Shown: piece by piece, positions 59,252 to 64,000 of the stretch | Layout: every line of letters starts with the position of its first letter | Numbering within the stretch: the stretch's first letter is position 1 | Origin: Desulfobacterales bacterium | Lineage (GTDB): Bacteria; Desulfobacterota; Desulfobacteria; Desulfobacterales; UBA5852 | Assembly (NCBI GenBank): GCA_963674755.2 | Contig: CAXXVS010000001.1 | Coordinates: forward strand, 704,001 to 768,000 | Length of the DNA: 64,000 nt | Direction of reading: 5' to 3' | Notes under the pieces: model-generated | Told to the model about the DNA's origin: nothing | Databases searched by the model: none | What the model saw: only the letters and a program-made list of their open reading frames with translations | Made by a program: the position numbers and the translations under genes

Positions 59252-59851
59252 TCAAGCGGGCGGCGAAACAGCAGGGCGGGCCGCCATCCGGTTGATGACG
59301 ATCCGGTGGGACTTGCCGAAGGCCATGACCTCTTCGGGCTTGAAGCCGCCTGACGTGTAGACGGCCATGAAGCGGGGCGCAGCGAGCATGTGCAGAATGA
59401 AGGACAGGTGCCCGGAATAACCGTTGGCATCCAGGCGTTGCAGATCGGCGATGGTGTCCTCGGCGATGCGCATGACCTGGCGGTTGAGAACGGGGGGCTG
59501 CTCTTGGGAGCAGCGGTGCAGGCTGTAAATGCGGCGGCAGGCCAAGGGGCGGATGGGATAGATCAGGCAGGCCTTGGTTTTCATGAGAAAGGGGCAGGGG
59601 GACGGCGCACCGCTCTCGCGTTTGTGCATGTCCCGCTTGAGGGCCTTTTTGAGGCTGACCTGGCGGGGACGGGGCAATTGGGCGATGCGCGCACGGATCC
59701 GCAGCCCTTCCAGGGTGGTGGCGTCGATCCGGCCGGCGTCCGTACAGCAATAGGCGCAGCCCTCGGCGCAGGCGGCGCCGCGGCGGAAATCGGCCGTCGC
59801 CTGTTCGAAAGATTGGTAGATGGCCTCTAAGGCATCGAAACGGTCTTGCAT
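59252..59851 (-). CDS. YkgJ-family cysteine cluster protein
   Basis: CAEGCAYCC, CPFL...CLIYPIRPLACR. Confidence 0.9.
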   Translation of the reverse strand: MQDRFDALEAIYQSFEQATADFRRGAACAEGCAYCCTDAGRIDATTLEGLRIRARIAQLPRPRQVSLKKALKRDMHKRESGAPSPCPFLMKTKACLIYPIRPLACRRIYSLHRCSQEQPPVLNRQVMRIAEDTIADLQRLDANGYSGHLSFILHMLAAPRFMAVYTSGGFKPEEVMAFGKSHRIVINRMAARPAVSPPA

Positions 59852-60034
59852 TTTAAAGTTCCCCCATCATATCCGGCTTGGCTTGGCCGTGTTTTCCGGC
59901 CCGGCCCCGAGGATAACCACGTCGGTCAATGGCGATCCCCTATCGTTTTGATCCGCGGAAAGCAATGGGGGAAATGCGAGCGCCTTGCGACGCAACAACT
60001 TCATCCCGCACAGGTACCAGAGACCATAGGGTCA

Positions 60035-62281
60035 ATGAAAGCCGGCACGACACGCGCGAAGAAGCGCACAGGGGCTGTTCCCGGGGGTCTGCAACGCCAG
60101 GCCTTAGGGATGGCTGCCGGGCATCTGATGGTGCTCCTGCTGTTTTTCTATGGGCTCAATCACGCAGCACCGGCTAACGATGCCCGGGCGGGCGGCGCCG
60201 TTGCCGCCCTGGTGCTCGCCCTGGTGCACGGCATCCTGTGGCGCCATCTGGCGGAAAATCGTCCCCACGGCGCTATCCAGGCGGCAGCGCACCTCGGGAC
60301 CGCCAACCAGATCACCCTTGGGCGGGGGCTCCTGATCAGTCTGACGGCCGGCTTTCTGTTCGCCTCCCCCGGGACCGGGCAGGCACCGGCCGCCGCTTGG
60401 CTGCCGGGAAGTCTGTACACGGCGGCTGCCCTGCTGGACGGCCTGGACGGGGCCTGGGCCCGCAAGACCCGGACCCGGACACGCCTGGGGGAGGTTCTGG
60501 ACGTCCGCTACGATGCCCTGGGGGTGCTGGTGGCCTCCGCTGTAGCAGTGGGCACCGGGCGCCTGCCGGTTTACTACCTGTCGGCCGGCGGTGCCTATTA
60601 TGTCTTCCAACTGGCCCTGCGGCTTCGGCAAGGCCGGGGAAAACCTGTTTATCCCCCCCGTCCGCGCACTTTCGCGCGCCTTGTGGCGGGGTTTCAGATG
60701 GGGTTTTTGAGCGGCGCCCTGCTGCCCCTCTTCCCCCCGCCGGTGCTGGCGCTGGCCGCCCCGGTCTTCCTGCTGCCCCTGCTGGCGGGTTTCGTCTGGG
60801 ATTGGCTGATCGCGACCGGACGAATCGGCGACGCCGCGGCCCACCGGGGGGAAGGTCTGCTGGCTGCCCTGGTGGCCAAAGGGCCGCTTGTGCTGCGCGG
60901 CTTCATTTTGATGGCCGGCGTCGTCGTGTTTTTTGCCGTCCCGGCCGAACCCTTGTCCGCCAGCATGGTTCTTTGGGCCGGGCTGGTCCTCATGGTGACC
61001 GCAGGATTCCTGGGGCGCACGGCGGCCCTGTCGCTGAGCCTGCTTCTGGCGCATCAGGCCTCCGGTGCAGCAGAGGTCTCCCCCTGGCTGACGGCTATGC
61101 TGCCCGCCAGCCTGCTTATCATGCTGACCGGAACCGGCGTGCTCTCCCTTTGGCGACCGGAGGATGCCCTGCTCCTGGGAAAACCCGAGGGCTCTGAGCG
61201 CCCTCGGCATACGCCCCATGGCAGGGCGGTGGAGGGCGGGCGTTTCCCCCGGCGGTCGGTCAGACCTGTCTCCGGACGAAGGACGGCCGGGCAGGCTGCG
61301 GCCCTGGCCGCCGTGGCCGGCCTTCTTTACTGGGCCTGGCGGGATGTCCCCCTGGGGGCGGTGGCGGCGGCCGTCGGCCGGTGGGGCTGGCCGCAATGGG
61401 GGCTGTTGGCGGTGCTCAACCTGTTCATCCTGGCCGCCATGTGCTGGCGCTGGTCATTTATCCTGCGGCAGATGGGGCATCCGGTGGGATTTGCCGCCCT
61501 GATAGGCTACCGTGTGGGGGCCAACACCCTAAGCTACATCACCCCCGGGCCCCAGTTCGGGGGCGAGCCCTTCCAGGCCCACTGTCTGGCGGCCCGCCAC
61601 CGGGTGCCGGCGGAAGCGGCCGCGGCCTCGGTGGTCGTGGACCGTCTGGTGGAGCTGCTGGGCAACCTCATTTTTCTGTCGCTGGCCGGTCTTCTCGTCC
61701 TGCCGGCGCTGTTGGCGGAGACCCATGCCCTGCTGCCGGTATTGGCCCTGTCCGCTGCGGCCTTGTTCATCGGGATTTTGCTCTACATCGTGGCGGCCGG
61801 GGGGCGGCCGTTCAGCCGGCTGGCCGGCCGGGCGGCATCCTGGATCGGCCGGCCGCAGGGTTTGGCGGGTTTCGTCACGTTTCTCCAGGCCGGCGAATCC
61901 CAGGCCGCCGGCATTTTGACCGATCGGCTGTGGGGATGGTATGCCTTGGGCGGGCTTTTCCAGTGGGCGGGTTTCCTGGCCGAACTCTGGCTGATCTATG
62001 CCTTCATGGGGATGTCCCTGGGTCCGGCGGGACTTTTGACCGTGGCCGTGGCGGCCCGGCTGGCGTTTTTGCTGCCGTTACCCGGCGGGCTGGGCGCCCT
62101 GGAAGCCGGTCAGATGCTGGCCGTCACCAGTCTGGGCGGCGATCCGACGGTGGCGGCGGCCGCCTGCGGCATCATGCGGGCCCGTGACCTGGTGCTCGTA
62201 TCCAGCGGCGGTGTCCTGGCTGTACGCTGGATGGGACCCGCCCGGGAGGGCCCTGGGCAGCCGCCGCTGAAACCGGCTTGA
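60035..62281 (+). CDS. CDP-alcohol phosphatidyltransferase fused to an LPG-synthase TM/flippase-like domain
   Basis: ANQITLGR, DGLDGAWAR...GEVLD..YD; then WRW, TPGPQFGGE, DR, PGGLGALE. Confidence 0.85.
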   Translation: MKAGTTRAKKRTGAVPGGLQRQALGMAAGHLMVLLLFFYGLNHAAPANDARAGGAVAALVLALVHGILWRHLAENRPHGAIQAAAHLGTANQITLGRGLLISLTAGFLFASPGTGQAPAAAWLPGSLYTAAALLDGLDGAWARKTRTRTRLGEVLDVRYDALGVLVASAVAVGTGRLPVYYLSAGGAYYVFQLALRLRQGRGKPVYPPRPRTFARLVAGFQMGFLSGALLPLFPPPVLALAAPVFLLPLLAGFVWDWLIATGRIGDAAAHRGEGLLAALVAKGPLVLRGFILMAGVVVFFAVPAEPLSASMVLWAGLVLMVTAGFLGRTAALSLSLLLAHQASGAAEVSPWLTAMLPASLLIMLTGTGVLSLWRPEDALLLGKPEGSERPRHTPHGRAVEGGRFPRRSVRPVSGRRTAGQAAALAAVAGLLYWAWRDVPLGAVAAAVGRWGWPQWGLLAVLNLFILAAMCWRWSFILRQMGHPVGFAALIGYRVGANTLSYITPGPQFGGEPFQAHCLAARHRVPAEAAAASVVVDRLVELLGNLIFLSLAGLLVLPALLAETHALLPVLALSAAALFIGILLYIVAAGGRPFSRLAGRAASWIGRPQGLAGFVTFLQAGESQAAGILTDRLWGWYALGGLFQWAGFLAELWLIYAFMGMSLGPAGLLTVAVAARLAFLLPLPGGLGALEAGQMLAVTSLGGDPTVAAAACGIMRARDLVLVSSGGVLAVRWMGPAREGPGQPPLKPA

Positions 62282-62319
62282 AGGCAGGCCTTTACCCGAA
62301 AACCGAAAGGGGCCATCTC

Positions 62320-63045
62320 GTGAGCGCTTCCTTAGAAGATCTGTCCCGGGAATTGAGCCTTGCGGCCGACGCCGGACGAACAGCGGGGCGGCCGTTCGTG
62401 ACGATCAGCTACGCCCAGAGCATCGACGGCAGCATCGCCAGCCGCCGCCGCCGGCCCCTGACCATCAGCGGCCCGGCGTCCCTGCGCATGACCCACGGCC
62501 TGCGGGCTCTGCACGACGGCATCCTGGTGGGCATCGAAACCGTCCTGGTGGACGATCCCCAGCTCACCGTACGATTGGTGACAGGCCCGCACCCGCAGCC
62601 GGTGGTGCTGGATACCCATTTGCGGACGCCCCCTGGCGCCCGGCTGGGGCGGCGTCCCGAAGGACGCTCCTGGCTGGTGGGGGCGGCGGACAATCCGGCC
62701 GAGCGGGTGGCGGCCATGACCGATGCGGGCTTCGACGTGCTGCCCTGCCGGCGGGAGAACGCTAACGGCCGTTTGGACTTGCAGCAGACCCTGGCCATCC
62801 TCTATCAACGGGGCATCCGACGGCTCATGGTGGAGGGCGGCGCCCGGGTGATCACCAGTTTTATCCGCGCCCAGCTGGTGGATCTCTTCATCATCACCAT
62901 CGCCCCCAAGCTCGTGGGCGGCCTGCAAGTGATGACGGCCCCGCCCAACGGAGGAGACGCAGCCATGGCGTTGACGGCGATCCGCTACGAACAGCTGGAA
63001 GAGGACCTGGTCCTCTGGGCCCGTCCCCAATGGCAGATCCCATGA
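62320..63045 (+). CDS. RibD C-terminal-type reductase
   Basis: RPFVTISYAQSIDG, DGILVG..TVL.DDPQLTVR, MVEGGA. Confidence 0.9.
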   Translation: MSASLEDLSRELSLAADAGRTAGRPFVTISYAQSIDGSIASRRRRPLTISGPASLRMTHGLRALHDGILVGIETVLVDDPQLTVRLVTGPHPQPVVLDTHLRTPPGARLGRRPEGRSWLVGAADNPAERVAAMTDAGFDVLPCRRENANGRLDLQQTLAILYQRGIRRLMVEGGARVITSFIRAQLVDLFIITIAPKLVGGLQVMTAPPNGGDAAMALTAIRYEQLEEDLVLWARPQWQIP

Positions 63046-64000
63046 AAAACAAGCGCTTGTATTTCCAGGCCCCTTTCATCTGCACGATCCGGGAGGAGGA
63101 CCCGCCCGAAGCGCAGGGTGACCGGCTGCTGGTCCAGGTCAGCTGCTCCGCCATCAGCGCCGGGACCGAGATGCTCATCTTCCAGGGGCGCTTTCCCGAA
63201 GGGATGGCCGTGGACGCCACCCTGCCAACCTACGACGGACAGCGCCTGGCCTATCCCCTGGCCTACGGCTACAGCAGTGTGGGCACGGTTACGGCGGCCG
63301 GTCCCCAGGCCGATCCGGCCTGGGTCGGCCGACGGGTCTTTGCCTTCCAGCCCCACCAGAGTCATTTCGCGGTCCCGGCCGACGAACTGATTCGTGTGCC
63401 GGCCGATGTTGCCGACGTGGATGCGGTGTTCCTGGCGACCATGGAGACGGCCGTCAATCTGGTGATGGACGGGAGGCCGGTGATCGGCGAACGGGTTCTG
63501 GTATTGGGGCAGGGGATCGTGGGGCTGCTCGCCACCGCTCTTCTGGCGCAGTTCCCCCTGAAGGCCCTGACCGTTCGGGAGCGCTGGCCCCTGCGCCGCC
63601 AGGCGGCCCTCGATCTGGGCGCCCAGGCAGCCTGGAGCGGCGACGAAGCGGATGGGGCCGCACCGGCGGCCGATGGCGCCGACCGCAGCGACGGCTTCGA
63701 CCTGGTATACGAACTCTCCGGGCAGCCCGCCATGCTCGACGCGGCCATTGCGGCGGCCGGTTTCCACGGGCGCATCGTGGTGGGATCCTGGTACGGCGCC
63801 AAAACCGCTCCCGTCGATCTGGGGGGGCGTTTCCACCGCAACCGCCTGCGGCTCATATCAAGCCAGGTCAGCACCCTGGCGCCGGAGTTTTCCGGCCGCT
63901 GGAGCAAGGCGCGCCGTTTGGATACGGCCTGGGAACAGATTGCCCGGGTGGGGCCCTCCCGGCTGATCAGCCACCGCTTCGGGATCGAGGATGCCCAGGC
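63042..64000 (+). CDS. Zinc-binding (MDR) dehydrogenase, runs off window end
   Basis: SAISAGTE, YPLAYGYS.VG, GQGIVG, ELSG, VGSWYG; open to the window end. Confidence 0.88.
   Translation, partial: MKNKRLYFQAPFICTIREEDPPEAQGDRLLVQVSCSAISAGTEMLIFQGRFPEGMAVDATLPTYDGQRLAYPLAYGYSSVGTVTAAGPQADPAWVGRRVFAFQPHQSHFAVPADELIRVPADVADVDAVFLATMETAVNLVMDGRPVIGERVLVLGQGIVGLLATALLAQFPLKALTVRERWPLRRQAALDLGAQAAWSGDEADGAAPAADGADRSDGFDLVYELSGQPAMLDAAIAAAGFHGRIVVGSWYGAKTAPVDLGGRFHRNRLRLISSQVSTLAPEFSGRWSKARRLDTAWEQIARVGPSRLISHRFGIEDAQ

Overview
GC-rich bacterial chromosome segment. Gene content suggests an anaerobic Desulfobacterota/Deltaproteobacteria-type host (inference). Five blocks: (1) 0-10.6 kb, two partly duplicated sigma54-type operons (ftsH, hflKC, BON, RNB nuclease) with a PAS sigma54 activator. 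(2) 11-17.6 kb, mixed metabolic and signalling genes, several gene stubs and an AbiE-like antitoxin with a truncated partner. (3) 18-30.8 kb, an AT-rich integron locus not evident from the ORF track: a decayed intI 3' end co-oriented with the array, about 11 attC sites, an ORF-less first cassette with a ~120-nt hairpin, two families of GGGTC...GACCC palindromic miniature elements that break or replace attC sites, two tandem copies of the same platform (same 15-bp attI core, same ~380-bp tail) with different cassettes, and a full-length group II intron in the R' box of the last attC. (4) 32-52.5 kb, a FIST/hybrid kinase pair and an ACP/KS/acyltransferase/MMPL lipid cluster with a DAK2-DegV fusion. 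(5) 52.6-64 kb, a second dead integron relic with a 3'-end relic of a related intron, small enzymes, an output-less sensor pair and the start of a CDP-alcohol phosphotransferase/RibD/Zn-dehydrogenase cluster. All calls come from motif reading by eye; no searches were run.
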